Virus record (IMG/VR): IMGVR_UViG_3300046804_003398
Reading direction: 5' to 3' (one strand)
DNA: 64,000 nucleotides
Source: a virus
Lineage: Duplodnaviria; Caudoviricetes
The notes below the pieces were generated by a model. It made no database searches. It saw nothing but the letters and a program-made list of their open reading frames with translations, and was not told the origin of the DNA. Within the stretch, counting starts at the first letter, position 1; every line of letters starts with the position of its first letter. The position numbers and the translations under genes were made by a program. Below, piece by piece: positions 9,268-18,016 of the stretch.

Positions 9268-9700
9268 ACTTTCCCTTCATCAACTGTTCTACAGTGTCTA
9301 ACATCTTGGGATTTGTATCTCTAATTTCATTTTCCAGTTCATCAAGCAAATCTGTGATATGATTTGCACTAGCATTTTCTAAAAGCATTCTTGTTTTGAT
9401 GACATAGTGATTATCTACGTTTTTTGAATCTTTTAGTTTGTATACTTTGGTTAATAAGCCAAATGACGGATCTGGAATGTCATCATTTTCAAGTGATTTG
9501 AAATAATCAAAACCCTGGGTATCTTTCAACTCAAACATATCAACACAATCCAGATGTTCGTAGTTGCCAAATATGTGTTCTATACACAACGTGGCTGCTT
9601 CTATGAGTTGATACTCCTTGTTAATGGATTCTTTTGACTTTTCCAAATCCACTTTACACTTCCAATTTGATCCCTCAACAATATATGTTTCGGTTCTCAT
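9233..9700 (-). CDS. Hypothetical protein, apparent paralog of 17642..18016
   Basis: 155-aa ORF; shares W...V, EA.T..IE and T..LL.NA motifs. Confidence 0.65.
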   Translation of the reverse strand: MRTETYIVEGSNWKCKVDLEKSKESINKEYQLIEAATLCIEHIFGNYEHLDCVDMFELKDTQGFDYFKSLENDDIPDPSFGLLTKVYKLKDSKNVDNHYVIKTRMLLENASANHITDLLDELENEIRDTNPKMLDTVEQLMKGKSILKFGDLPTQ

Positions 9701-9703
9701 TCA

Positions 9704-10498
9704 TCAATAAATATCAGCAGGTCTTGGTTCAGCCTCGTTATAGAAGATAATATTCTCAGGTTCTTTTGTTGGTGCTGGTCTTGACAAAAAGTCAAAACTA
9801 TAACTATACTTGCCAATGTGTGCCAATCGAATAGTTGTATCGCAGTAAATGGTGACACCAGACTTCTTGGCTCTGTGACAAAAAGCAAAATCTTCACCCA
9901 CATAGTCCTCACCGATAATCATAGGCAAAAACCATGGGTGAACTGTATATTGACCTCCCCAGATTTTCACCGGATTCATATCATACTGTATCTTGATATT
10001 TTCGTAAACACTCACATGTGTATACATAAACCCAGTAGCCGCATATTCAACTTCATAAAGAGCACCATGTCTACCAAATAAAATCTTATCATAACCATCA
10101 AGAAACTTTGTGGTCAACGCAGGCCATCCTTTTACAGTATATGCTCCCGTCACAAATGGATAAGCTCCACCAAAAATTATATTTCGATTGATGATCTTGT
10201 ATATGTCGGTTGGATGAAAAGCAATATCACTGTCGATCCAAAATAGATGTTCATAATCTTCATCAATTGCTTGTTGTGCCATTACACATCGACCTTGATC
10301 AATAGCACTAAATCCATATTTTCTGTATACCTTTATGCCATCTTTTTCAAGTTGTCTCAGTGATTCATCGCAGGCGGGTTCTATATGTGAACCAACGGGC
10401 ACCAAAATAATAGTTTTTCGCTTTACTTCATCAGTCAAAATATGTTCGTTTGGCACAGACACAATACCGACGACCTTCGGTTCTTTAGTAAACATCAT
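9704..10498 (-). CDS. GT-A fold (GT2-like) glycosyltransferase
   Basis: IDQGRCVMAQQA, LFWIDSDIAF (DxD), ATGFMY, GEDFAFCHRA, DTTIRLAHIG. Confidence 0.75.
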   Translation of the reverse strand: MMFTKEPKVVGIVSVPNEHILTDEVKRKTIILVPVGSHIEPACDESLRQLEKDGIKVYRKYGFSAIDQGRCVMAQQAIDEDYEHLFWIDSDIAFHPTDIYKIINRNIIFGGAYPFVTGAYTVKGWPALTTKFLDGYDKILFGRHGALYEVEYAATGFMYTHVSVYENIKIQYDMNPVKIWGGQYTVHPWFLPMIIGEDYVGEDFAFCHRAKKSGVTIYCDTTIRLAHIGKYSYSFDFLSRPAPTKEPENIIFYNEAEPRPADIY

Positions 10499-10565
10499 AT
10501 GAAATATATAATGTTGATATGATTCTTTTGGGTTATTTTAATTGAGTCAGACATATTTATAAGAT

Positions 10566-10931
10566 ATGTTAGTCACATCTCTATTAACCATACATAACCA
10601 ACTTAAAATTTATCATTGGCAAACCAAAGGTAAAGGTAGCTACGCTCAACATCAAGCACTAGGTGGTGCATACGACGCATTCACAGAGTCAATTGACGAG
10701 TTTGTTGAAGTGTTTATGGGTAAGTATGGTAGAGTTCAAGGACCATTTCAAATTGAGTTGTCAAACTATGAAGGTAAAAATGTCGAAGCATTCGTAAACA
10801 AATCAGTGGATTATCTAATTAACGATCTTCCAAAAGAATTGGATGCCAAAAAAGACACAGATCTTCTCAATATTCGTGATGAAATGTTGGGTGAATTAAA
10901 TAAACTCAAGTATCTACTAACATTGGAATAG
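10566..10931 (+). CDS. Ferritin/Dps-like four-helix protein (resembles the phage DUF5856 family)
   Basis: QLKIYHWQT, HQALGGAYD, IDEFVEVFMG, LNIRDEMLGELNKLKYLLTL; TATTTATA at 10554-10561. Confidence 0.7.
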   Translation: MLVTSLLTIHNQLKIYHWQTKGKGSYAQHQALGGAYDAFTESIDEFVEVFMGKYGRVQGPFQIELSNYEGKNVEAFVNKSVDYLINDLPKELDAKKDTDLLNIRDEMLGELNKLKYLLTLE

Positions 10932-10932
10932 C

Positions 10933-11403
10933 ATGCCTTACGAATATAATGCTACTGTTACCCAAGTTGTTGATGGAGATACAATCGTTGTTGATATTGA
11001 CTTGGGATTTAATGTAAAGTTTCAAAACCAAAAAGTTAGACTATTGGGTATTGATACTCCAGAAAGTAGAACCACTGACAAAGTTGAAAAACAATTTGGA
11101 CTAGCAAGCAAAGATTTTGTCAAGAAGTTCATAACCGATTGCAAAAATGAAGTGATTGTAAGAACTCATATTTCGAGTGATACAGACGCAGATGGTAGAG
11201 AAAAGTTTGGTAGACTACTTGGAGAAATAATCAATCCTACTACCAAAACTGTATTGAATGACGAACTGATTGCTAAAAACTATGCAGTCAAGTATATGGG
11301 TGAAAATAAAAGCCTTGTATCTGAACAACACAAGGCTAATCGCAAAATATTGATTGATCGTGGTGAAATCAAACTCACCTACGAACAAGCTGGTTTAAAG
11401 TAA
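10933..11403 (+). CDS. Thermonuclease (staphylococcal nuclease-like)
   Basis: VVDGDTI, VRLLGIDTPESR, KFGRLLG. Confidence 0.85.
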   Translation: MPYEYNATVTQVVDGDTIVVDIDLGFNVKFQNQKVRLLGIDTPESRTTDKVEKQFGLASKDFVKKFITDCKNEVIVRTHISSDTDADGREKFGRLLGEIINPTTKTVLNDELIAKNYAVKYMGENKSLVSEQHKANRKILIDRGEIKLTYEQAGLK

Positions 11404-11405
11404 TA

Positions 11406-11501
11406 TTACTTCTTGGTAGTTGTATAATACTTTTGTTGTGGAGTTGACGTTCCAATCGGAGGATTAGATGTCGTCTTGATAGTTGTTGTTTGAGTTGCCA
11501 T
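11406..11501 (-). CDS. 31-aa Thr-rich micro-ORF (MATQTTTIKTTSNPPIGTSTPQQKYYTTTKK)
   Basis: Fills the gap exactly (stop 2 nt from the thermonuclease stop); TATTTAT overlaps its ATG; below the ORF-track cutoff. Confidence 0.5.
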   Translation of the reverse strand: MATQTTTIKTTSNPPIGTSTPQQKYYTTTKK

Positions 11502-11566
11502 AAATAGTTATTTGGTTAAAAACCCACACATAACAGTAACGTATGGATATTTATAAGTATTAGTCT

Positions 11567-11956
11567 ATGAACCCTAATTTGAAACTTATAGTTGCTAAAT
11601 TCATGAAGTTTGTCAACGATGAACTCAACATCAACCAACCATTCAGAGTTAAATTAGCAACATCCCGTGACCAAGATCTTAGAACCTATGCTTATTACAA
11701 CAAAGCTGATGGAACAATCAAGGTGTTTGTTGCAAATAGAGGTGTTGCAGACGTATTGAGAAGCATAGCACATGAATTGGTGCATCATCTTCAAAACCAA
11801 AGACAAGAGTTAGATGTAAATCACCCAGACGTTGGTGGCAAAATTGAAGATGAAGCAAATGCGGTGGCAGGTCAATTGGTTAAGAAGTTTGGTTATGCTA
11901 ATCCAAATTTAGCCATTTATTCTAAAAACTTTGATATTGACACACAACAACCATAG
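11567..11956 (+). CDS. HEXXH zinc-metallopeptidase-like protein
   Basis: LRSIAHELVHHLQ followed by IEDEANA; TATTTATA at 11548-11555. Confidence 0.7.
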   Translation: MNPNLKLIVAKFMKFVNDELNINQPFRVKLATSRDQDLRTYAYYNKADGTIKVFVANRGVADVLRSIAHELVHHLQNQRQELDVNHPDVGGKIEDEANAVAGQLVKKFGYANPNLAIYSKNFDIDTQQP

Positions 11957-11972
11957 TGTATCATATGGATAT

Positions 11973-12200
11973 ATGACATTATATCCAAATAAACAACTCC
12001 ACGTAAAAGTCGAAGACGTTCAAGCAGTATTTAGGAAATACAACATTGTTTCTGAACATCCGATTGATTATCTTAACTTTGTAGACGATATTCATCGTAT
12101 TAGTTGTGTCACATATACTCAAGTAGTTGACACCAGCTCAATTCCCCAATATAGTTTCAATTCAAATGAACAAGGAACTACAGTCATATCTCATAAATAA
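11973..12200 (+). CDS. Possible small hypothetical protein
   Basis: ATG 11973 after a TATAT run; 3' end overlaps the next promoter and gene. Confidence 0.35.
   Translation: MTLYPNKQLHVKVEDVQAVFRKYNIVSEHPIDYLNFVDDIHRISCVTYTQVVDTSSIPQYSFNSNEQGTTVISHK
12127..12155 (+). promoter_or_regulatory. Sigma70 promoter TTGACA-17-TATAGT
   Basis: Near-consensus boxes 10 nt upstream of ATG 12166. Confidence 0.7.
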
Positions 12201-12666
12201 GTTTCCTAAACTCTATACAGAGGGTAGAGAAAATACTCCGTTTTCACTATTTCAATTTGAATGTGATGACGGATGGTTTAGAATCATTTTGTGGTTGAGC
12301 AGATACTTACAAAGTTATATTGATCAACAAAATAAATATTCATCGAAGTATCCAGACAAATATTTGCCAGTCAAGCAAATCAAAGTGCTTCAAGTAAAAG
12401 AGAAGTTTGGAACACTTAGATACTACGTCGAAGGTGGTAATGAAAATACTCAAAATGTAATTTCATTTGTTGAATATATCAGTGGGTATATTTGTGAAAC
12501 TACCGGCAAAACCGAAGATGTTGGATTCAATAAAAAGGGGTGGATCAAAACACAACATATCAGTCTTGCTATAAACAGAGATTTTAATTATGTTGATGAT
12601 GAAGAATTGCGTCAAATAATTAACAAACAAATGGAATTTAAGTTTGACGAAGATACCAAACGATGA
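12166..12666 (+). CDS. Hypothetical phage protein
   Basis: FECDDGWF...QVKEKFGTLRYY...ICETTGK. Confidence 0.75.
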   Translation: MNKELQSYLINKFPKLYTEGRENTPFSLFQFECDDGWFRIILWLSRYLQSYIDQQNKYSSKYPDKYLPVKQIKVLQVKEKFGTLRYYVEGGNENTQNVISFVEYISGYICETTGKTEDVGFNKKGWIKTQHISLAINRDFNYVDDEELRQIINKQMEFKFDEDTKR

Positions 12667-12683
12667 TATGTATTGTATAAGTT

Positions 12684-13298
12684 ATGTATCAATACAAAAA
12701 CCAAAGACCAACTGGCTCAGACTTTGACGACGAAGAAATTATCATAACAAAACCCACTCGGGGACAAAGCCAAGTTCATGGCAACGAAATATACTTCTAC
12801 AGTGATGTCTCACTTGGAAGTATTTTTTCTTTGAACAAAGCTATCTCAGACCTTGAGAAACAAATGTTGATCGCCCAAATTCAATTGGGTATGCCAAAAC
12901 CACCACACGTTAAACTATTCATCAATAGCGACGGCGGTGAAATATTCAGTGCTTTTACAACTGTAGACAGAATTAGCACTTGTAAAGTTCCAATTCATAC
13001 ATACGTTGAAGGTATTGCAGCCAGTGCTGCAACGTTAATCAGTGTATGTGGCAAACGTAGATTTATTGGCAAGACGGGTGTAATGTTGGTTCACCAATTG
13101 AGAAGTTGGTGTGGTGGAACTCACGAAAACTTCAAGGATGAAGCTAAGAACCTTGAGATGTTATCAGATAAAATCCAAAAGATATATCTGGAACATACCA
13201 AGTTTACCAAGGCTGATCTTGATGAAATTCTAAAGCATGACATTTATTTGAGTGCTGAAGAGTGTGTCAAGTATGGATTGGTAGATGAAATCCTGTAA
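12684..13298 (+). CDS. ClpP-like serine protease subunit
   Basis: LFINSDGGEI, GIAASAAT (Ser), MLVHQ (His), HDIYLSAEECVKYGLVDEI (Asp). Confidence 0.9.
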   Translation: MYQYKNQRPTGSDFDDEEIIITKPTRGQSQVHGNEIYFYSDVSLGSIFSLNKAISDLEKQMLIAQIQLGMPKPPHVKLFINSDGGEIFSAFTTVDRISTCKVPIHTYVEGIAASAATLISVCGKRRFIGKTGVMLVHQLRSWCGGTHENFKDEAKNLEMLSDKIQKIYLEHTKFTKADLDEILKHDIYLSAEECVKYGLVDEIL

Positions 13299-13316
13299 TA
13301 GATAATTAACTCACCC

Positions 13317-13381
13317 AAACCCTTCTTCTGTTCCGTTGACTACTTATTAGTATGGGTAAGCAACGATCAAAAGAAGGGTTT
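13317..13381 (+). promoter_or_regulatory. mRNA hairpin occluding the start of the GIY-YIG-type nuclease gene
   Basis: AAACCCTTCTT(13317-27)/AAGAAGGGTTT(13371-81) perfect 11 bp; CGTTG/CAACG; TACTTA/TGGGTA around the ATG at 13352. Confidence 0.65.
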
Positions 13382-13681
13382 ATTTATATCATTAGCAATA
13401 GTGCTTTCCCCAATTTTTACAAGATTGGGGTTACTAATGATATAAAGAGTCGTTTGCGCACCTATCAAACCTCATCACCCCATAGGGATTATCGTATAGA
13501 ATATTACATACAGCACCCAGATTGTTATGGGGCAGAGCAAAAGATCAAAGAAATGATGAGGCATTTTGCTTTAGAAATTCGAAATGAATGGTTTAAAATC
13601 GACTTAAATATAGCAAAAACCAGACTGGATGAAACTTTAGATCCAGAAGAAAAATTTCCTATTGACATTTATAATAAGTGA
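13352..13681 (+). CDS. GIY-YIG superfamily (T5orf172-like) endonuclease
   Basis: GFIYIISNSAFPNFYKIGVT, SRLRTYQTSSP, AEQKI, NEWFKI. Confidence 0.85.
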   Translation: MGKQRSKEGFIYIISNSAFPNFYKIGVTNDIKSRLRTYQTSSPHRDYRIEYYIQHPDCYGAEQKIKEMMRHFALEIRNEWFKIDLNIAKTRLDETLDPEEKFPIDIYNK

Positions 13682-13689
13682 GGTATCAT
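13662..13689 (+). promoter_or_regulatory. Sigma70-like promoter TTGACA-16-TATCAT
   Basis: 10 nt upstream of the HNH ATG 13700. Confidence 0.55.
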
Positions 13690-13699
13690 AGATAAAGTT

Positions 13700-14344
13700 A
13701 TGAACAATGTTGCGAACAAGTTAATCTGTCTGAATCTTAATGCTAACTGGCAGCCAGTTGGTTTCAAGACCGTCAAGGATGCTATCGTGGATCTTTGTGG
13801 TTCTGACACCAATGGAAAGCCCTCTTCGTTGGCATTGGATATTGACTATGAAATCGACGAAAACGGTGAGCCAATCTTGACCGAGGCAAAGAGCATGAAT
13901 CCTGTGTCATGGTCTGATTGGATGAATCTTCCAGTTCGTAATTGGGATTTGAGCATCAATACCCCAACTAGGATGATTCGTGTTCCTACCGTGATCATCG
14001 CTACTAACTTCAACAAGATGCCTGTCAAGAGCTTCAAAGGTAAGCCTTCAAAGGATGCAATTTACAACCGTGATGGTGGTATTTGTCAATACACTGGTAA
14101 GAAGGTTGACCGTCATACTGCTACCGTGGACCACGTTGTTCCTCGTAGTAAGGGTGGTGAAGACTCTTGGACCAATCTTGTGTTGTGTTCCAAGGATGTC
14201 AACGCTAAAAAGGGTAATCGTATGAATAGTGAAGTGGGATTGAAGTTGCTCAAGCAACCCGTGGTTCCACAGCCTGTTCCTATGTATGCTCTTATCACAG
14301 ACGCTAAGCACATTGACTGGAATCACTTTTTGATCAAAACTTGA
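13700..14344 (+). CDS. HNH endonuclease (McrA-like)
   Basis: LNLNANWQP, IYNRDGGICQYTG, TVDHVVPRSKGGEDSWTNLV, NAKKGNR. Confidence 0.9.
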   Translation: MNNVANKLICLNLNANWQPVGFKTVKDAIVDLCGSDTNGKPSSLALDIDYEIDENGEPILTEAKSMNPVSWSDWMNLPVRNWDLSINTPTRMIRVPTVIIATNFNKMPVKSFKGKPSKDAIYNRDGGICQYTGKKVDRHTATVDHVVPRSKGGEDSWTNLVLCSKDVNAKKGNRMNSEVGLKLLKQPVVPQPVPMYALITDAKHIDWNHFLIKT

Positions 14345-14389
14345 TGTTGATTTGAATTTAAATTTGATGATGATCGTATATATGATAAT

Positions 14390-14566
14390 ATGCCTTCATC
14401 GAGAAAAGAAAAATATCTGATCAATATTGCCGGTCAAGAAGTGGAATTATCAAAGGATTGCGTCAACTTTTACTTGAAAGAAACAAGGAGACGTGCGCCG
14501 ACAAAAAAATCGATGGAGAAGTTTTTCAGTAACTTGGTCAAATACTTTACTGAGAATGTTTCTTAG
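14390..14566 (+). CDS. 58-aa hypothetical protein (not in the ORF track)
   Basis: MPSSRKEKYLINIAGQEVELSKDCVNFYLKETRRRAPTKKSMEKFFSNLVKYFTENVS; fills the gap; TTAG overlap with the convergent gene. Confidence 0.6.
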   Translation: MPSSRKEKYLINIAGQEVELSKDCVNFYLKETRRRAPTKKSMEKFFSNLVKYFTENVS

Positions 14567-14976
14567 AAGAGATTGAAAGGCGCACGTCTCCACTTATTGT
14601 TTAGATACAAATACAAAAAGTTGTCGTCGGTCCTTAACTCTCCCTCAACACCATAATCACTGCTGCTGAATGGTGCTGGCACATTGCCATTTGGATTTAT
14701 AAACAACGAGTCGAACGAACCAGTTTGACCTTGTAGGTCTTGAACGTAAGAGGGTTGACCACTGTTTCCACCCAAGTTTGATACACCATCAACATATAGA
14801 CCAGAAGCAGATATGACGCTACCAGAAATGTTATATGGTGGCAAATTTCTACTTCCAACCAAAACACCCTCGTTATTTGTCTGAACTATCAAATTAGATC
14901 CAGAAACAACACGTTCTAAGAACCTCGTATTGTTTGGATCTCTCTGTTGAAATACTACGTCATATTTGTTTGGCAT
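14563..14976 (-). CDS. Probable virion (tail/fibre-associated) protein
   Basis: Gly/Ser/Asn-rich beta-like sequence ending GELRTDDNFLYLYLNNKWRR; two TATTTAT copies upstream (14987-14999). Confidence 0.5.
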   Translation of the reverse strand: MPNKYDVVFQQRDPNNTRFLERVVSGSNLIVQTNNEGVLVGSRNLPPYNISGSVISASGLYVDGVSNLGGNSGQPSYVQDLQGQTGSFDSLFINPNGNVPAPFSSSDYGVEGELRTDDNFLYLYLNNKWRRAPFNLF

Positions 14977-14986
14977 ATCTCAAGTA

Positions 14987-15059
14987 ATAAATATAAATAT
15001 CTCGGTCCAACTATATTCACGAAAATAAACGACGTTAATTGTGGATTTTCATATTTATA
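14987..15059. promoter_or_regulatory. Back-to-back TATTTAT motifs driving divergent genes
   Basis: Minus-strand copies at 14987-14999 before 14976; plus-strand TATTTATA at 15052-15059 before 15066. Confidence 0.5.
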
Positions 15060-15065
15060 TTAAAC

Positions 15066-15668
15066 ATGGATATCTACTCCAAATACGAAAAACAAATCAA
15101 TGAAACCTACAGAGGTGGATTGAAAGCCTGGTTTGGTAAAGGACCAGTAGGCAGTTCAACTGGTGGTGGATGGGATCGTTATGATTCTACTGGAAAAAAA
15201 GCAGGCAAGTGTGGTGATGCCAAAAAAGGAAGTAGCTATAGCGCATGTTTGGGTAAGAAGTATGCGGCTAGACTAAGAGCAAAAGGTGGTAAGAAAGCAA
15301 TTGCTAATTGGGTCAAACGTAAAAAGTCAGCTCAAAGATCTGCTGGTAGAGGTGAAAAGGGTAGTGGAGGTAAAGGTAAATCTCCAGTCAGAGTCAGTTA
15401 TAACACCAAAGAATGTTTGAGTGAAATATTCATCATACAACACGCTCAAGAACTAAAACAAGATTTGGTTAACTTTCTAAAAAGTGAGTTTCAAAAAGGT
15501 GCTATAGCACCAATTCATTCTGGACCAAGCACAACTGAGTTCAACCCAACAGATTGGTTAGAACCTATGGCAGATGACTTGGTAAACAAGCTGGTTAAGT
15601 ATTTTCAAGTGTTGAGAGGTCAGACTGAAAAGGATATGTATTCGCCTGTTCCTCTTGAACAAGATTGA
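15066..15668 (+). CDS. Basic Gly/Lys-rich putative head-internal protein
   Basis: INE-TYRGGLKAWFGKG..GGGWDRY..CG..CL..NWVKRK basic module, then LSE and an acidic tail. Confidence 0.6.
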   Translation: MDIYSKYEKQINETYRGGLKAWFGKGPVGSSTGGGWDRYDSTGKKAGKCGDAKKGSSYSACLGKKYAARLRAKGGKKAIANWVKRKKSAQRSAGRGEKGSGGKGKSPVRVSYNTKECLSEIFIIQHAQELKQDLVNFLKSEFQKGAIAPIHSGPSTTEFNPTDWLEPMADDLVNKLVKYFQVLRGQTEKDMYSPVPLEQD

Positions 15669-15739
15669 TTAACACATGTAAATTATAATATCAATAGTTC
15701 TTGATTTATGCCTATTTATATGGTAAACACTATTGTATT

Positions 15740-16042
15740 ATGAAGCGTTACTATATAAAAGATGATATAAATAAGAAACTTGTATTCAAGCAAACAGTTC
15801 CCGAAGTTGTTTCGTATCTTGAAACGTTGTGTCAGAAAATTCACCGCCAAAGTCGTCAAAACTATATGGTTGAGATGGTCAGTTTGGGACATGGATATGA
15901 TGACAATCAAGGTGCATACTTTACCGAATTGATGGCCAAAAACGTTGATATTGGTATTGTTACAAAGGATGGTAGACTAAAACGTTGTAATATTCACGAA
16001 TACGCTCGTAATCAGAAATTCAAGACCGAAATGGGTGATTGA
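15740..16042 (+). CDS. Hypothetical protein
   Basis: ATG 15740, TATTTATA at 15713-15720; abuts the helicase. Confidence 0.65.
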   Translation: MKRYYIKDDINKKLVFKQTVPEVVSYLETLCQKIHRQSRQNYMVEMVSLGHGYDDNQGAYFTELMAKNVDIGIVTKDGRLKRCNIHEYARNQKFKTEMGD

Positions 16043-16044
16043 TT

Positions 16045-17661
16045 ATGATTAATTTGGATATCAAGTGGTCAGATCCAATTAAGATAGAAGAAGGTGACAA
16101 AGTTTACTACGTTCGTGAATGGGTCATACCTGCGCAATATCGACCTCATTTCTTTTCATGGTGGAAGGCAAACAAGTTCACAATGAAAGAACGTGGATTT
16201 GCTGTGGTGAAACGTGATTTGGATTGGGTGTTGTTGGAAGTTCAAGATGATCCAAAAGAGTTTTTCAACAAAAAAGAAAAGTCATCCTCAAAGAAAGTAG
16301 AACCACTTCCAAACTATGACGTAAAACATTCAGATGGGTTGCGTCCATGGCAAGTCACCGCAGTTGGTAAGTTGGTATCATCAATTAAAAAGTGGGGTGC
16401 GGGTGTTGATGGCAGTGATGTTGGCGTAGGCAAAACATACACTGCGTGTGGTGTGGCAAGAGAACTAGACATGGACATATTGGTTGTATGTCCTAAAGCA
16501 GTTAAGGAAAGTTGGAAAAGAGTCATCAAGAACCACTTTAAGATGTGGGGTAGATGTATAGGCATTATCAATTATGAATCTCTACGCATAGGAAAAACCG
16601 ACAGTCTAATTGCTTCTTATGTAAAACGTAGAGATACTCGTCGTAAAGAGTTTGTGTGGAAAATCCCCAAGTCCACTTTGATTGTTTGGGATGAAGCACA
16701 AAAGTTGAAGAATGCCAAAACCAAGAACAGTGAAACGTGTTTGGCTGCATTAAAAGCTGGATACAAAATGTTGTTTTGCAGTGCTACCATGGCAACCAAT
16801 CCTCTTGAGTTGCGAACTGTAGGACAAGGTATACAGTTGTTCAAAGGTAGTCAACAATATTACACTTGGTTGTATGAACATGGTGTTGTAAAAGGTCGTT
16901 TTGGTATGGAGTTCACTGGTGACAAAAAAGCATTGATGAAACTTCATGAAGACATATTTGTGAATCGTGGTGTAAGATTGACCCGTGATACAATTCCAAA
17001 CTTCCCAGAAAGTCAAATATCTGCCGAAACATACGAGATGGATAAGGAAGATGTTGACAAGATCAATAACGTTTATGACGAAATGCGTTTGGAGTTATTG
17101 AAGATTGAGAAGTTGCTTAAGAAAGATAAGGGTCAAACCAAGATGACTGCTATTCTTAGGGCAAGACAAAAGGTCGAGATGTTCAAGGTTCCGTTGATCA
17201 TCGAAATGGCAGAAGAAGCAATTGAAAACGGTATGAGTGTTGCTATATTCTGTAACTTCACTGAGACCATCAATGCACTAAGTGACCGATTGAATACAAA
17301 GTGTATTGTCAATGGTGTTGTAAGTGACAAAAAACGTCAACAAGCCGTTGATGATTTTCAAGCAGACAAACAACGAATAATTTTGATCAATATTGCGGCT
17401 GGTGGAGCTGGATTGAGTTTGCATGATTTGAATGGTAATTATCCCAGAATCTCTCTCATATGTCCTTCATATTCCGCAGTTTTGATGCGCCAGTCTACTG
17501 GTCGAGTTTGGCGTGATAGTGCCAAGACAAAGAGTATACAAAAGATTGTATTCGTCGCAAACACTATCGAAGAAGAAGTATGTAAAATCGTGAATCAAAA
17601 GTTAGAAAACCTTGATTTATTGAACGATGGAGATTTAAATTATGTCAAAAAAGAAGAGTAG
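16045..17661 (+). CDS. SF2 (SNF2-like) helicase/translocase
   Basis: LRPWQ, DVGVGKT (Walker A), WDEAQKLKN (II), CSAT (III), AGGAGLSL, QSTGRVWR (VI). Confidence 0.9.
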   Translation: MINLDIKWSDPIKIEEGDKVYYVREWVIPAQYRPHFFSWWKANKFTMKERGFAVVKRDLDWVLLEVQDDPKEFFNKKEKSSSKKVEPLPNYDVKHSDGLRPWQVTAVGKLVSSIKKWGAGVDGSDVGVGKTYTACGVARELDMDILVVCPKAVKESWKRVIKNHFKMWGRCIGIINYESLRIGKTDSLIASYVKRRDTRRKEFVWKIPKSTLIVWDEAQKLKNAKTKNSETCLAALKAGYKMLFCSATMATNPLELRTVGQGIQLFKGSQQYYTWLYEHGVVKGRFGMEFTGDKKALMKLHEDIFVNRGVRLTRDTIPNFPESQISAETYEMDKEDVDKINNVYDEMRLELLKIEKLLKKDKGQTKMTAILRARQKVEMFKVPLIIEMAEEAIENGMSVAIFCNFTETINALSDRLNTKCIVNGVVSDKKRQQAVDDFQADKQRIILINIAAGGAGLSLHDLNGNYPRISLICPSYSAVLMRQSTGRVWRDSAKTKSIQKIVFVANTIEEEVCKIVNQKLENLDLLNDGDLNYVKKEE

Positions 17662-18016
17662 TATCAAACAATATAAAGTATTGACTGCCGATTGGTCTTC
17701 TATTGTAGAGGTCGATAGCAGTATATTTGACGATGGTTATGTTGAAGCATGCACACAAGCAATCGAACAAAAGATAAGATTTGCAAATGCTCCAGTAAAG
17801 ATATTTCAATCTGGACCACATAACTTGTTTGTAAATCCAATCATGGTGTGTCATAACCTATCAAATCCAAAAGAAAAAGAACGATACATCAATACATACA
17901 AGATTTTACAAAACGCTGGTATGCCCAAAAGAGCAGAAAACCTACGAGAAGTGTTTCTGAAAAACGTAGAAGTGGATCTGGCTTATGAACCCCTATCAGC
18001 ATCTCTAAAATCATGA
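17642..18016 (+). CDS. Hypothetical protein, apparent paralog of 9233..9700
   Basis: Coupled by overlaps on both sides. Confidence 0.65.
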   Translation: MSKKKSSIKQYKVLTADWSSIVEVDSSIFDDGYVEACTQAIEQKIRFANAPVKIFQSGPHNLFVNPIMVCHNLSNPKEKERYINTYKILQNAGMPKRAENLREVFLKNVEVDLAYEPLSASLKS

